Shown piece by piece: positions 1 through 9,950 of a DNA stretch of 64,000 bases. Origin of the DNA: Nitrosopumilus sp. (GTDB lineage: Archaea; Thermoproteota; Nitrososphaeria; Nitrososphaerales; Nitrosopumilaceae). The DNA is taken from assembly GCA_965207445.1 (NCBI GenBank), contig CBDBLX010000002.1, positions 2,424,124 to 2,488,123 of the forward strand, given 5' to 3'. Each line of letters starts with the position of its first letter. Position 1 is the first letter of the stretch. A program made the translations under genes and the position numbers. Below the pieces are notes generated by a model. The model saw only the letters and a list, made by a program, of their open reading frames with translations, was not told the origin of the DNA and did no database searches.

Positions 1-266
1 CCCATTATCATAGACTTGTCACAGTGCATAGTATCAGAGTTTGCAAGTATATCATGCATGTATGGTAATCCAACAGATTCTGCAAACGCATAATCCACTG
101 CAACACATAACAATCCACCGGCACTCTGGCGCATTCGAGCCACATGTTCCGGACTCGTCATTGCAGCATAAGATACCATATCTACTTCATCTTCTCTACC
201 CTCAGAGTCATGCAATAAAATAAACTCACCTCGTCTCAAGGATTCAAGTGCATCTTCAAGTGCCAT
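1..266 (-). CDS. ribB: 3,4-dihydroxy-2-butanone 4-phosphate synthase (5' part; runs off window)
   Basis: Manual translation MALEDALESLRRGEFILLHDSEGREDEVDMV...RMRQSAGGLLCVA matches the RibB N-terminus (D-x-x-x-RExExD, GGLxCV); follows riboflavin synthase on the same strand. Confidence 0.9.
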   Translation of the reverse strand, partial: MALEDALESLRRGEFILLHDSEGREDEVDMVSYAAMTSPEHVARMRQSAGGLLCVAVDYAFAESVGLPYMHDILANSDTMHCDKSMIM

Positions 267-340
267 GTAAAAAATACACGACATATTCGGATTATAAAGT
301 TTACCAGTATGGTGGTAATTACCCACATATGGGTACAAAT

Positions 341-925
341 TCAATTTAGAATGTATTTGCCAAGAATGTCAACTTCAATGTTAAGTTTGTCACCGACTTT
401 TTTGGTAGAGAGATTTGTCATCTGGATGGTATGAGGAATAAGTGAGATGGATACACGACGTCCCCTTACAGATACAACAGTAAGACTTATGCCATCAAGT
501 GTGATAGAGCCTTTCTCAAGTACGTATTTTGTGAGACGTTTAGGAATCTCAATGTGCAATCTCACTTCTTTTGATCGTTTCTGAATTTTGGTTATAGTGG
601 CCTTGCCATCCACATGGCCTAACACAAAATGTCCTTCTAGTCTGTCACCTATCTTTAAACTACGCTCTACATTCAACACACTTCCAACACCCAAGCTTCC
701 AAAACTAGTCTTTTTGATAGTCTCCTCAACAAGCTCAAACGTACACTCAGAGCCATTGATGTCTACTGCAGTAAGACAAACTCCATTTAACGCAACGCTT
801 TGCCCTTCTTTGAGTCCTTTGGGCTCTTGTGACAAGTCAACTATAATTTTAGCTGCGCTGCGATTTCTAGTAGTAAAAATCACACTCTTGATTACACCCG
901 TATGTTCTATTATTCCTGTAAACAT
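341..925 (-). CDS. ribE: Riboflavin synthase (alpha chain type)
   Basis: MFTGIIE N-terminus, GQSVALNGVCLT and GSITLDGISLTV repeats, GHFVLGHVDG. Confidence 0.95.
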   Translation of the reverse strand: MFTGIIEHTGVIKSVIFTTRNRSAAKIIVDLSQEPKGLKEGQSVALNGVCLTAVDINGSECTFELVEETIKKTSFGSLGVGSVLNVERSLKIGDRLEGHFVLGHVDGKATITKIQKRSKEVRLHIEIPKRLTKYVLEKGSITLDGISLTVVSVRGRRVSISLIPHTIQMTNLSTKKVGDKLNIEVDILGKYILN

Positions 926-1230
926 TAATGTCACATAAATTACACATAGTACGATAATTAAATGCTAAGTACAAAACAAATATTGTGTGAAAAACATTCT
1001 GCCAAGTTTTAATAATACAAACAACATATGATTGGGCAAAATATTCGTGTTTTTACAAACAATCAGATTTAACATGCACAGAGAACAATATGAATATTTT
1101 TCAAAATAATTACTTGTATAAGAATACACGCCATTGCATCAAAATTATGAAATCTGTTTGAGTACATTTTGTCCATAACTGTTAAACTAAAATGCCATAG
1201 CACAACTGCCAACTTTTTACAACAAATAGA

Positions 1231-1962
1231 TCAAGAGTTGGAGTCATGTTGTGCTAAAATATCAGAATATTCGTTGTCACAGAATTGATGAAATACAGTA
1301 CAGTTGTTGTGTTGAGCATCATCTATGATCTGTGCCATGTCACGATCACGTACACCTTGTGCTGCTAAAAACGCATGGTCATCTTTTTTTAGCATTGTGA
1401 ATAAACCAGAGCGAATAAATGCAATGCGTTTTTTGGTATCAAGAGTCAAAGAGTCAGCATCATATATACGATCAAAAATTAATAATGCATCCTCATATCG
1501 CGTCAGTTCCATCAGTGAAAGTCCCTTGTCAAATAGAACAGTTTCATTATTAGGAGATATGTCAAGTGCTTTATCATAATAGGGTAGAGATTCGGCGTGA
1601 CGTTGGAGCTTTGCAAGGGCAAATCCCATTACGGTAAGAGCTGTGACATCACGAGGGTTTGACTTTAAAATATGCCCACATGTTTCCATGGTATTTTCAT
1701 TTTGATCCAGAGCCTCCAATGCATAGAGTTTAACTTTTAGTGCAAACTCATCAAATCCACGTAAATGCAACACCTTGTCACAGTACGGGATAGCCTCATC
1801 GTATCGTTCAAGAGAGATTAATGCAAGTGAAACATTTTGTAGAGCAGTCATATTGTCAGGATCCTTTGCAAGAATATCAGTACAATATTTGTACATTTTG
1901 TCATATTTATGTGACTTGTACAATGAATCAAGTATGATTTTCAGATCAAATGAATTTATCAT
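1231..1962 (-). CDS. Tetratricopeptide repeat protein
   Basis: Repeated ~34-aa helical units (LERYDEAIPYCDKVL, LQRHAESLPYYDKALDISP, LTRYEDALLIFDR). Confidence 0.8.
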   Translation of the reverse strand: MINSFDLKIILDSLYKSHKYDKMYKYCTDILAKDPDNMTALQNVSLALISLERYDEAIPYCDKVLHLRGFDEFALKVKLYALEALDQNENTMETCGHILKSNPRDVTALTVMGFALAKLQRHAESLPYYDKALDISPNNETVLFDKGLSLMELTRYEDALLIFDRIYDADSLTLDTKKRIAFIRSGLFTMLKKDDHAFLAAQGVRDRDMAQIIDDAQHNNCTVFHQFCDNEYSDILAQHDSNS

Positions 1963-2036
1963 AATTACATGTAAAATAAATTATAAATTAAGTTATTGCT
2001 AAAAGCAAAAAAAAATGCTATTACCAAGAGTCTTAA

Positions 2037-2915
2037 TCAGTCACGGACAATAATATCCAATACGGCTTTTGCTTGTTTATAGTGTACCTCATCGACCATC
2101 TTTCCATTTATTGTAATGGCACCTCTGCCTTGTTGAGTTGATTGGGGATAAATCGATACAACTTTTTTTGCCCATGATATCTCCGATGCGCTTGGATGAA
2201 ACATATTATGCACCATATCGATCTGATCTGGATGTATAACGCTCTTGCCTGCATATCCAAGTGACTTGCCAAGTAAGCAATCTTGCTCCAAACCTTTTTG
2301 ATCGTTTAAATCCTGCCATATACCATCAATAGAATTAACCCGTGCGGCGCGTGCATCAAGTGCCACACGTGCGCGTGCATATCTAGCAGCATCAGAACAT
2401 GCAGAGTATTCAATTCCCATGTCTGCTAACAGATCAAACACACCAAATATGATACAATCGATTCTAGAGTGTTTGCCACCTGATGATGCAATTTCATACG
2501 TATTCACTACACCTTGTGCAGACTCAATAGATGGTATTATACCAACTGACTCGAGTCGTCGTTGTTGTTCTAAATCTTCGATAATTTTTATAATCTTGTA
2601 AAGTTGAGTCGTATTATCGAGTTTTGGAATTACAACTCCATCAATACCCTTGCGTATTATTGCGTTTAAGTCATCAGGTACCAATCCAGAGTCAGGGGAG
2701 TTTGTACGAGCATATACAGCAGTGTTTGGACTATATTGATCTCGCTCTTTGAGTGCTTGCTGTATCATCTGCCTTGCAGTATCTTTTTGATCAAAAGGTA
2801 CAGAGTCTTCTAAATCAAAACAGATTATATCGGCTTTGAGTTTTTGTGACTTTGTTATAAAACGTTGATTATTTCCTGGAACAAAAAATAAACTGCGAAA
2901 TAGCAGTGGTGGCAG
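2037..2915 (-). CDS. CitE/HpcH family CoA-ester lyase (citryl-/malyl-CoA lyase-like); probable CTG start
   Basis: The frame extends upstream of the listed ATG to LPPLLFRSLFFVPGN...DIICFDLEDSVP; also IESAQGV, GYAGKSVIHPDQI. Confidence 0.85.
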   Translation of the reverse strand: MPPLLFRSLFFVPGNNQRFITKSQKLKADIICFDLEDSVPFDQKDTARQMIQQALKERDQYSPNTAVYARTNSPDSGLVPDDLNAIIRKGIDGVVIPKLDNTTQLYKIIKIIEDLEQQRRLESVGIIPSIESAQGVVNTYEIASSGGKHSRIDCIIFGVFDLLADMGIEYSACSDAARYARARVALDARAARVNSIDGIWQDLNDQKGLEQDCLLGKSLGYAGKSVIHPDQIDMVHNMFHPSASEISWAKKVVSIYPQSTQQGRGAITINGKMVDEVHYKQAKAVLDIIVRD

Positions 2916-2921
2916 ATCTGA

Positions 2922-3998
2922 TCAACCCTGTGACTTTAGGAGAATCTTTCCAAAGAGTCCCTTGCCAGTAAGCATCTTTGTATGTGCTTCTGCTGCTTGT
3001 TCATATGCATATACAGAGTCTATCTGAGATTTTATCTTTCCCTGCCCCATCCAATACAAGCCTTGGTCAAGTTCTGCTTTGGTACCTTGTGTAGATCCCA
3101 AAATATTGGTTCCTTTGAAGAAGATATGTCGCAAATCAGTCATTGCATCATATCCAGTAGTAGCTCCACACGTGACCAATGATGCACCATACTTTAACAA
3201 TGTAAGTTGTTTGTTCCAATGAGTCTGTCCAATATGATCAAAAGACAGATCAATGCCAGGTGCCTCACCTTTGCGCTTTGCAATGTCCTTTGTGATAGAA
3301 CGGACTTCCTTGTGCCAATCATCTTTACGGTGATCAACTGCATAGTCTGCTCCGAGTTTTAGACATTTGTCAAGCTTGTCTGGGCTAGCAGTAGCTATAA
3401 CATCACAATTGTATAGTTTTGCAATCTGGATTCCAAAGCTTCCTACTCCAGAACCGCCGCCCATTATCAGAACAGTCTGTCCAGGAGTTATCTTGGCTCT
3501 ACCCACTAACATGTGCCATGCAGTCAACAAGGTCATCGATGATGCGGCAGCCTCATCATATGACACACCTTCAGGAATTTTAGACACATTGACCTCTGGA
3601 AGGTGTGTGACTTCTTGATAAGCACCCCACATGGGACCAGTTTGGAAACCCCATATAGTACGTCGTGTGCAGTCATATTCACGACCTTCAAGACACGCCT
3701 TGCATATCCTACAGGCCATATTTGAATGAGATACAACGCGATCACCTACTTTGATATCTAAAACGTCCTCACCTACGGCAATAACGTCACCTGCTGCATC
3801 AGAACCAGACACATGTGGCAACGGAACAGCAACTGGTTGTCCACGCATACCCCAAATATCATTATAGTTTAGTGCAGATGACTTTACCTCAAATATGACT
3901 TCACTTGGTTTTGGTTTTGGCTCATCAATGTCTTTTACCTTTAGTATTCGTGCATAGTTGTCATCAGGAGCATATTCTTCATACACTACAGCTTTCAT
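2922..3998 (-). CDS. Zinc-dependent medium-chain dehydrogenase/reductase, paralog 1
   Basis: CRICKAC..EYDC structural Zn site, GGGSGVG Rossmann motif; start taken at MKAVVY. Confidence 0.9.
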   Translation of the reverse strand: MKAVVYEEYAPDDNYARILKVKDIDEPKPKPSEVIFEVKSSALNYNDIWGMRGQPVAVPLPHVSGSDAAGDVIAVGEDVLDIKVGDRVVSHSNMACRICKACLEGREYDCTRRTIWGFQTGPMWGAYQEVTHLPEVNVSKIPEGVSYDEAAASSMTLLTAWHMLVGRAKITPGQTVLIMGGGSGVGSFGIQIAKLYNCDVIATASPDKLDKCLKLGADYAVDHRKDDWHKEVRSITKDIAKRKGEAPGIDLSFDHIGQTHWNKQLTLLKYGASLVTCGATTGYDAMTDLRHIFFKGTNILGSTQGTKAELDQGLYWMGQGKIKSQIDSVYAYEQAAEAHTKMLTGKGLFGKILLKSQG

Positions 3999-4267
3999 AA
4001 GCAAAGTCCTAAAAGACCTATAAATATATCTTAGTAACAAAATAAAAAATATATTTTAATTTCCATCGTCACACACCACAACAAGCATCAACAAAGAGAA
4101 TTACCCACCACCACCATCATCATCACCATCACCATCACCACCATATCACCGCAAAAATACATAACCCCACATGAATAATAAGTGACCAAATAATTAAAAA
4201 ATAATATACAAAGCACTGGTAAGATATTGTTATTTGTTGAGTTTTAAGATACCATTACCGGTACATC

Positions 4268-4597
4268 TCAAATCCTGTTGATCTTAAAGTCACGTTTTGG
4301 TGGTCGTATAGAGTACAATAGTTGCCTAAGCTGTTCATCAGATATTTGCGATTGTAGTTGTCCTTGAGAAACCATGGCAATAAGTTGTTGCTCTACTAAG
4401 TTTGCAAGATCAGGCTTTACCATTTTGATATTGTTTAGTCTCATCCTAGCATCAGGTGATAATATACGTCGAAGCATTTGTTCTTTTTGGGCATTTGCTT
4501 CTGCATTAAGATTAAATGAACTGTCAGTGCCATCACCACCACTACTACTATTATTATTATTTATGCCAACAGAGTCGTCAGGTTCTGGAAAGTCCAT
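4268..4597 (-). CDS. PDCD5-family dsDNA-binding protein
   Basis: LRRILSPDARMRLNNIKMVKPDLA...ISDEQLRQLL; usual position after S19e. Confidence 0.9.
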   Translation of the reverse strand: MDFPEPDDSVGINNNNSSSGGDGTDSSFNLNAEANAQKEQMLRRILSPDARMRLNNIKMVKPDLANLVEQQLIAMVSQGQLQSQISDEQLRQLLYSIRPPKRDFKINRI

Positions 4598-4604
4598 TTC
4601 AGAT

Positions 4605-5057
4605 CTATGTGTATATTCGTAGTTGTGGATTCTCTTTGATCATCTCAGATAGTATACTAGATGCAAGCACATCAAGTTTCTTCATGCCATCTTTTGATAT
4701 AATTCGACCATTCTTTGTAAATTTTTGAATATAACCGAGTCGCTCAAGTTCATGCACAGCGTTACGGATGATTGCACCGCCAGCATAACGATGGTGCGCC
4801 GCTCCATAACCAGATGGTTTGCCACCTCCATACTCGCTTCTCAATCCATTAATTCCGATTGGTCCATGAAGGTAAATCTTTCGTAAAATTGATGCACATC
4901 TCACATACCACCAATCCCTATTCTGTGGCGGTTTATCTGCATGAGACCCCGTCTTTACAAATGGAATCCAAACAGGTTCTTTGATACCCTCTTGCTTTAG
5001 TGTATCAGCTAGTCTATCAATTAGCACATCAGCAGGTACATCATATGCTTTGGCCAT
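4605..5057 (-). CDS. rps19e: 30S ribosomal protein S19e
   Basis: VKTGSH..PP..DWWYVRCASILRKIY. Confidence 0.97.
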   Translation of the reverse strand: MAKAYDVPADVLIDRLADTLKQEGIKEPVWIPFVKTGSHADKPPQNRDWWYVRCASILRKIYLHGPIGINGLRSEYGGGKPSGYGAAHHRYAGGAIIRNAVHELERLGYIQKFTKNGRIISKDGMKKLDVLASSILSEMIKENPQLRIYT

Positions 5058-5205
5058 GTTGATGAGAACGTCAGAGTCGCTTTATAAACCATTGAAGTCA
5101 GCGACGAATTAAACTGAATTGATTGACTCACGGGGTTCAATACATTCAGGATACTAAAAGGTCAACGACAAGCTAAACTGAATGTGTATTAAAATCTCCA
5201 GTACA

Positions 5206-5541
5206 TCAATTCAACATCTTACGATACACAAATCCACACAAATGGCACGTTGTTCTAATAGAACGAATATTGGATCCTCCAATTCTCACATGTGACGAAA
5301 CACCAGGTACAATAAATGATTTACAACATCGACAAAAAAGCATGCGTAGATGATACGGCATACGTATGCGATGCCTAGAGCACAATCGTAGCGCAATGTA
5401 TGCTTGTTTTGATGCAAGTGTAGGATTTGACTTTGCATTTGAGATAGCGATATTGATGAGAATGTTCATTCGTTTGTATAAAACGATCCGGCGTTGCAGT
5501 GCCTTTTTTCTTCCCATCATATGCCTGCTATGTACAGTCAT
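5206..5541 (-). CDS. rnp4: RNase P protein subunit Rpp21/Rpr2
   Basis: RM..L, FCRCCKSFIVPG..RIG...TCHLCG..YR zinc ribbon; start placed outside the tRNA. Confidence 0.8.
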   Translation of the reverse strand: MTVHSRHMMGRKKALQRRIVLYKRMNILINIAISNAKSNPTLASKQAYIALRLCSRHRIRMPYHLRMLFCRCCKSFIVPGVSSHVRIGGSNIRSIRTTCHLCGFVYRKMLN

Positions 5542-5562
5542 AAAAAATTCTTTTTGCATTAA

Positions 5563-5639
5563 TGGTGCAGTCAGCGGGATTCGAACCCGCGTTACGGGGT
5601 TGGAAACCCCGAATACTAACCAGGCTATACGATGACTGC
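5563..5639 (-). tRNA. tRNA-Gly(TCC), CCA encoded
   Basis: Acceptor GCAGTCA/TGACTGC, anticodon arm CGGGG-TTTCCAA-CCCCG, T arm GCGGG-TTCGAAT-CCCGC, 3' ACCA. Confidence 0.97.
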
Positions 5640-5661
5640 AATATGCCAAATGTCATACGCC

Positions 5662-6387
5662 TTACATAAATGGCTTTATTTCATACTCGTACAAGAGTCG
5701 CGATATCACCACATGGGCCTCAAGTGAATGTGTGTCAACAGAGTACATCTCATGAAAATGAGTGGCAACAGTATTTGAAAAGTGTCCTTTTTGAAAACCA
5801 CCCACAACAATTGCAACACCATCTGTCAAGTTATCTGCAACAGCTCTATAAGCGCAAGGCAGATCAGAGAGTAATCGTCCCTGTGATGAGAGTCCTATGA
5901 CTTTGGAGAATTTTTTTTCAGATACCAAGTCTGCAAATGTCTGATTTCGTTTCAGCTCAAGCAGTACATTACCAGAACAATCACCATCATGAGAAAAGGT
6001 TTTGTCAACAGTTATCAATCGCTTACGATATAGAGTCTCAATCAAACCAACAAATCTATGATATGATTTTGGTATACGCACACTAGAACCAAAGTGTATC
6101 ACATTATTATCAACAGTATGGACATATAAATTAAGATCGTTGTGTCTGTTGTATAATGGAGTTGATGTAGCCATAAGAATTGCAAGGTGGACAAGATCAG
6201 GCCTGCCACGCTTTTCAAAATTATCAAGGTTTTTCATAGCAGCATAATGCCAAGAATTGTCAAGTAATGTATAGGATGGATGTACTCTTGTTTTGCGCGC
6301 ATGTGACTTTACAGAAGGGTGTCCAAATATTGTTTTAGGTATAATTTCTAGTGCAGATTCGGCCAAAATTAATGATATAGTCATCAT
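5662..6387 (-). CDS. nep1: Nep1/Emg1 16S rRNA pseudouridine methyltransferase
   Basis: LAESALE, GRPDLVH, VRIPKSYHRFVGL, VGGFQKGHF. Confidence 0.93.
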   Translation of the reverse strand: MMTISLILAESALEIIPKTIFGHPSVKSHARKTRVHPSYTLLDNSWHYAAMKNLDNFEKRGRPDLVHLAILMATSTPLYNRHNDLNLYVHTVDNNVIHFGSSVRIPKSYHRFVGLIETLYRKRLITVDKTFSHDGDCSGNVLLELKRNQTFADLVSEKKFSKVIGLSSQGRLLSDLPCAYRAVADNLTDGVAIVVGGFQKGHFSNTVATHFHEMYSVDTHSLEAHVVISRLLYEYEIKPFM

Positions 6388-6647
6388 TTTTACTCGTAAA
6401 ATATACTCTCTATATTTTGTACAAATACAATATGCAGTTAATTCAATGTTTACTTTGGGTGATGATACTAGAGGTTGCGTGATGCAATTAATAATTTAGC
6501 ACACACGCTAAAAAATAATCTACATTGAATATTAAAGTAGTATTCCATATAACGTATGACATGTGTTCAATTACAATTTCATGATTATATCATACGTTGA
6601 TAAATCAGCTACTAGTGACAACAGATTACAATTCTCACAGATTAAAG

Positions 6648-8804
6648 TCAAGATGTATGTCGCGGAGCATGACATTTTGGACACTTTATGTCAAAATATT
6701 TTTCTTTATATCCACATTCAGGACAGATAAAAATGTCTTTTATGGGCATAAACGATGGTACTAGTATATACATTTTTTCAATTGCATCTTTAATACTAGC
6801 AGAATCATTTTCATCTTCGGGTATATTCAACTCTATTTGTAACCCGGCACTGAGAGCTCGATTAATCTTGTTGCACATTGTGATCTGCGGGTTTTTGGCA
6901 ACATAGTTTGAGATTTCAGATGCATTAAATTTTAAACCTTGTTTGTAAGGCTTTGTATCAACATGACCTGTGCTATGTTTGCCATATCGTTTATTATCTA
7001 AATTGGCAAAGCGCTCTGCACCATCAGAGTCTGCAATACATATTGTAACAGGTTCTGGTCTATCCTTTGAAGTTGAGTTTCCCACAGATACAGCTTGACT
7101 TAGTATATTTTTAATTGACTCGTTACCTTTACGATTATATGTAAATCCTAAAATATCAAATATAGTATCCTGAAATCCCACCAAATTAATAGTCAAAGAA
7201 GCATATGCATGTTGCATGCATTTTGTATGCTTTGCAATCATAGGGTTTAGTCCAGATCTCGTCGCATCAAATATCGCTTTTTTGCGTTGTAAGAGAGCAT
7301 TGATCACATCATTTATCACCAAAATCAAGCGTGCCACAAAGTACTCTGTATCACCTTTATCGACTTGGTAGGCCAAACTTGGTAAATTTATCGACACAGA
7401 TTGCAACGCCATGGACATTATACTATCAGCTTTGTTCAAGCTACCACCAACAACACCACGACTTGACACTTGTGGTTGTTTTGTAAAGAGTACACGACCA
7501 CCAAGTAGTACAATCTCAGCGACACGAGAAGATATTGATGCGATCGCTTCTTTTTCGCAATTTATGACAAGTCCTATACTTGGTTTTGGTGTTTGTTTCA
7601 CGTATCGTGCATATGCATTAATTATACAATTTGTTGTTTTAGGATCGGAACTCAGATTGAGTCGTATTGATGTAAGTTTAGTGTCAAATTCACGAGATAG
7701 TCTTCCAGCAAGTGTGCTAGTGGGGGTATTTGTGACAGATCCAACCACTACAGATGAGGTCATAAATGCAAACAACAAACCCAATTCTATTTCAAGATCA
7801 GATTTATCTCCACATCTTTTAGCAAGTAGTTGTGGCAGGCCAGCCAAGACTAGCTCATTTGATGTCTCTTTTAACAACAATTGAATCATTAGAGAGAGTG
7901 AGGACATTACATCATAGATCTGTGTTGTCTTTGTAACCCTTGATGTGGTAGTGTGTTTGCCACCAATGTCCATACCATTATCAAGAATCTCTTTTATGTT
8001 GACAAAAAGTACATCAGGAAGAAAAGTCCACGTTGCAAGATTAGACAAATGGATAAAACCTTCCATATGTTTGTCTACTAAATCTTTTGGAAGTGTAGAA
8101 AACATCGTGTTTTCGGCAAAGACATTTTTTCCTGCTGCAAGCAAGAGATCGTCCATGCCACCATCCACATTATTCAAATTATCAAACATTTGTTTGATAT
8201 CATGCACAGGCATTCCAAAACGAACATACCTACTTCGATACTCTTCATGATTATTTGCAAGTAAGAAGAAATTTACTACATCTCTGATCAATGAACCTGT
8301 AATGTATGAAAGGTCATACTTGTGAATATTGTTCTCAATCTTCTTTGCCATCTTATCTGCTAGTTCGTATGGCATGTCACTCTCTTTAACAAGTGATTGC
8401 AGTATCCGTTGTTTATTAAACTCATCAATAGAAGAGTTTGACAATCTGACGCGTAACTTGCCACTTTCTACAAATGAGTGGGCCTCTATTCTATCTACAA
8501 GTTCTAAAACTAATTTCCCCTTGTTTGTTATATCATAACGACGCTCAGTTGTGTTTCTTTCAATTAGTCCCAAATCACTCAACCTGTGTAAATGATATGA
8601 AAATTTTCCACCATTTCTTTTAGTTTCAAATCCTGCTTCATCGCGAATACCAGTATATGTGGAAGGACCTTTGGAGTATAAAACTCGGATAATCTGAAGT
8701 CTACTTAGATTAGCCATCGAACTGAATATTGAACGCATGTGTTTTTCAGCAGGTGTTGAGGGTGTTTTTTTTGGAGGCACAAAAACAATTTTTTTAGTAC
8801 TCAT
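6648..8804 (-). CDS. ArsR-like wHTH + ATP-cone + degenerate class III ribonucleotide reductase (NrdD)-like protein
   Basis: N-terminal RLQII..L...FSYHLHRL..LGLI (wHTH); VRLSNSSIDEFNKQRILQSL (ATP cone); H..GFIHL, SINLPSLA, AERFA..D..YG, CPECG...CPKC (NrdD-like); no RxxGY glycyl-radical loop. Confidence 0.8.
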   Translation of the reverse strand: MSTKKIVFVPPKKTPSTPAEKHMRSIFSSMANLSRLQIIRVLYSKGPSTYTGIRDEAGFETKRNGGKFSYHLHRLSDLGLIERNTTERRYDITNKGKLVLELVDRIEAHSFVESGKLRVRLSNSSIDEFNKQRILQSLVKESDMPYELADKMAKKIENNIHKYDLSYITGSLIRDVVNFFLLANNHEEYRSRYVRFGMPVHDIKQMFDNLNNVDGGMDDLLLAAGKNVFAENTMFSTLPKDLVDKHMEGFIHLSNLATWTFLPDVLFVNIKEILDNGMDIGGKHTTTSRVTKTTQIYDVMSSLSLMIQLLLKETSNELVLAGLPQLLAKRCGDKSDLEIELGLLFAFMTSSVVVGSVTNTPTSTLAGRLSREFDTKLTSIRLNLSSDPKTTNCIINAYARYVKQTPKPSIGLVINCEKEAIASISSRVAEIVLLGGRVLFTKQPQVSSRGVVGGSLNKADSIMSMALQSVSINLPSLAYQVDKGDTEYFVARLILVINDVINALLQRKKAIFDATRSGLNPMIAKHTKCMQHAYASLTINLVGFQDTIFDILGFTYNRKGNESIKNILSQAVSVGNSTSKDRPEPVTICIADSDGAERFANLDNKRYGKHSTGHVDTKPYKQGLKFNASEISNYVAKNPQITMCNKINRALSAGLQIELNIPEDENDSASIKDAIEKMYILVPSFMPIKDIFICPECGYKEKYFDIKCPKCHAPRHTS

Positions 8805-8989
8805 CCAAAATTAATTTTAAAATCCACTAAATAAAATTTATGGCATTAAAAATTTGCCAAAATATATACTTACAAACCAATACACATGTCAATATTGATC
8901 ATATAATATTTGCTTTTGATTTACAAAGTATATTTTGAGCAATAAGTTTAGATTTTTAAATTAAAAATGTGAATATAAAAAATATACCA

Positions 8990-9352
8990 CTAGTCAACAT
9001 CTGTATTGACTATCTCCAGTGAATTCAACACAAAACGGTATATTGCCTTCATATCAACATTTTGTTCACTTTGTAGATACTTTACTGTCTTTCTACTCAA
9101 CGGAGCCTTGTGCTGTTCGAAAATAAAATGATAGACGGTTCCCTTTTCCAATGTATTCATCTTGATGTCATCTCCAATGTCAACTGTTACGATATGTCTG
9201 CCATCCTCAACAGGTGCAAACAACTCTATGTCAGCCTTGCTATCTTTCTCATAGATCTCTAGTATGTAACCCGTACCATCTAGCGACGTGGTACTTTTGA
9301 ACTTTGCATTTTGAATATCACCTACTACCCAATCAGGTAAATCATCAGTCAT
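8990..9352 (-). CDS. Hypothetical protein
   Basis: Clean 120-aa ORF starting 4 nt after the stop of the upstream gene. Confidence 0.75.
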   Translation of the reverse strand: MTDDLPDWVVGDIQNAKFKSTTSLDGTGYILEIYEKDSKADIELFAPVEDGRHIVTVDIGDDIKMNTLEKGTVYHFIFEQHKAPLSRKTVKYLQSEQNVDMKAIYRFVLNSLEIVNTDVD

Positions 9353-9356
9353 CTTC

Positions 9357-9665
9357 TTAATCGACCTGTTTCTCTTTTTTGCTCATCTGCCACCACTCAT
9401 GAATCCTGTCCTGTCTATCCTCTCTTGTTTCTGCTTTTTCGTTTAGTTTGCGTCTAATATCTGATATCTGCTCTCGTGTAGCGTACAGACCGCATGTTTT
9501 GCATATAAAGTGCTTTGTAGATGGATCAAGTTTCATAGGCTCACTAATTGCATCAAATAGTTTATAGAGTTCATCTCTACTTCTATCTTCCTCAGGAGTT
9601 TCAAGTTCATACTTTTCCTGTATTCTTTTTTTTTCCTTAAAGACACACTCGGGACAATTAGGCAT
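9357..9665 (-). CDS. Hypothetical Zn-binding protein
   Basis: CPEC and CKTC pairs; TTTAAA TATA-like box about 25 nt upstream. Confidence 0.75.
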   Translation of the reverse strand: MPNCPECVFKEKKRIQEKYELETPEEDRSRDELYKLFDAISEPMKLDPSTKHFICKTCGLYATREQISDIRRKLNEKAETREDRQDRIHEWWQMSKKEKQVD

Positions 9666-9950
9666 GTGATTTTTGCCAAATTTTTTCCTTTAAAAAGCCT
9701 TCTTGATAACATTAAACACGCAAGTAACCCATCAGTGTTAAAAATTATTTTGCATCCATAATATACAGCCACATCATATAGCCATATTATACAGCATAAA
9801 TTGCAAACACTATCAAATATAACAACTAATTAAATAGAATACATAAAAAATTAATCAAATGAAATCTAAATGGTCATACAAGTATGCAACAGACATAATT
9901 TGTAGATATTTTATATTATGATATATGTTTTAAAATAATTCAGATTTAAA

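Noticed and set aside
4106..4144. (CAY)13 tract as a poly-His peptide
   Set aside because: No start codon between the upstream in-frame stop and the tract; treated as a microsatellite.
5542..5649. N-terminal extension of the Rpp21 ORF
   Set aside because: It reads through tRNA-Gly, so the true start is downstream.
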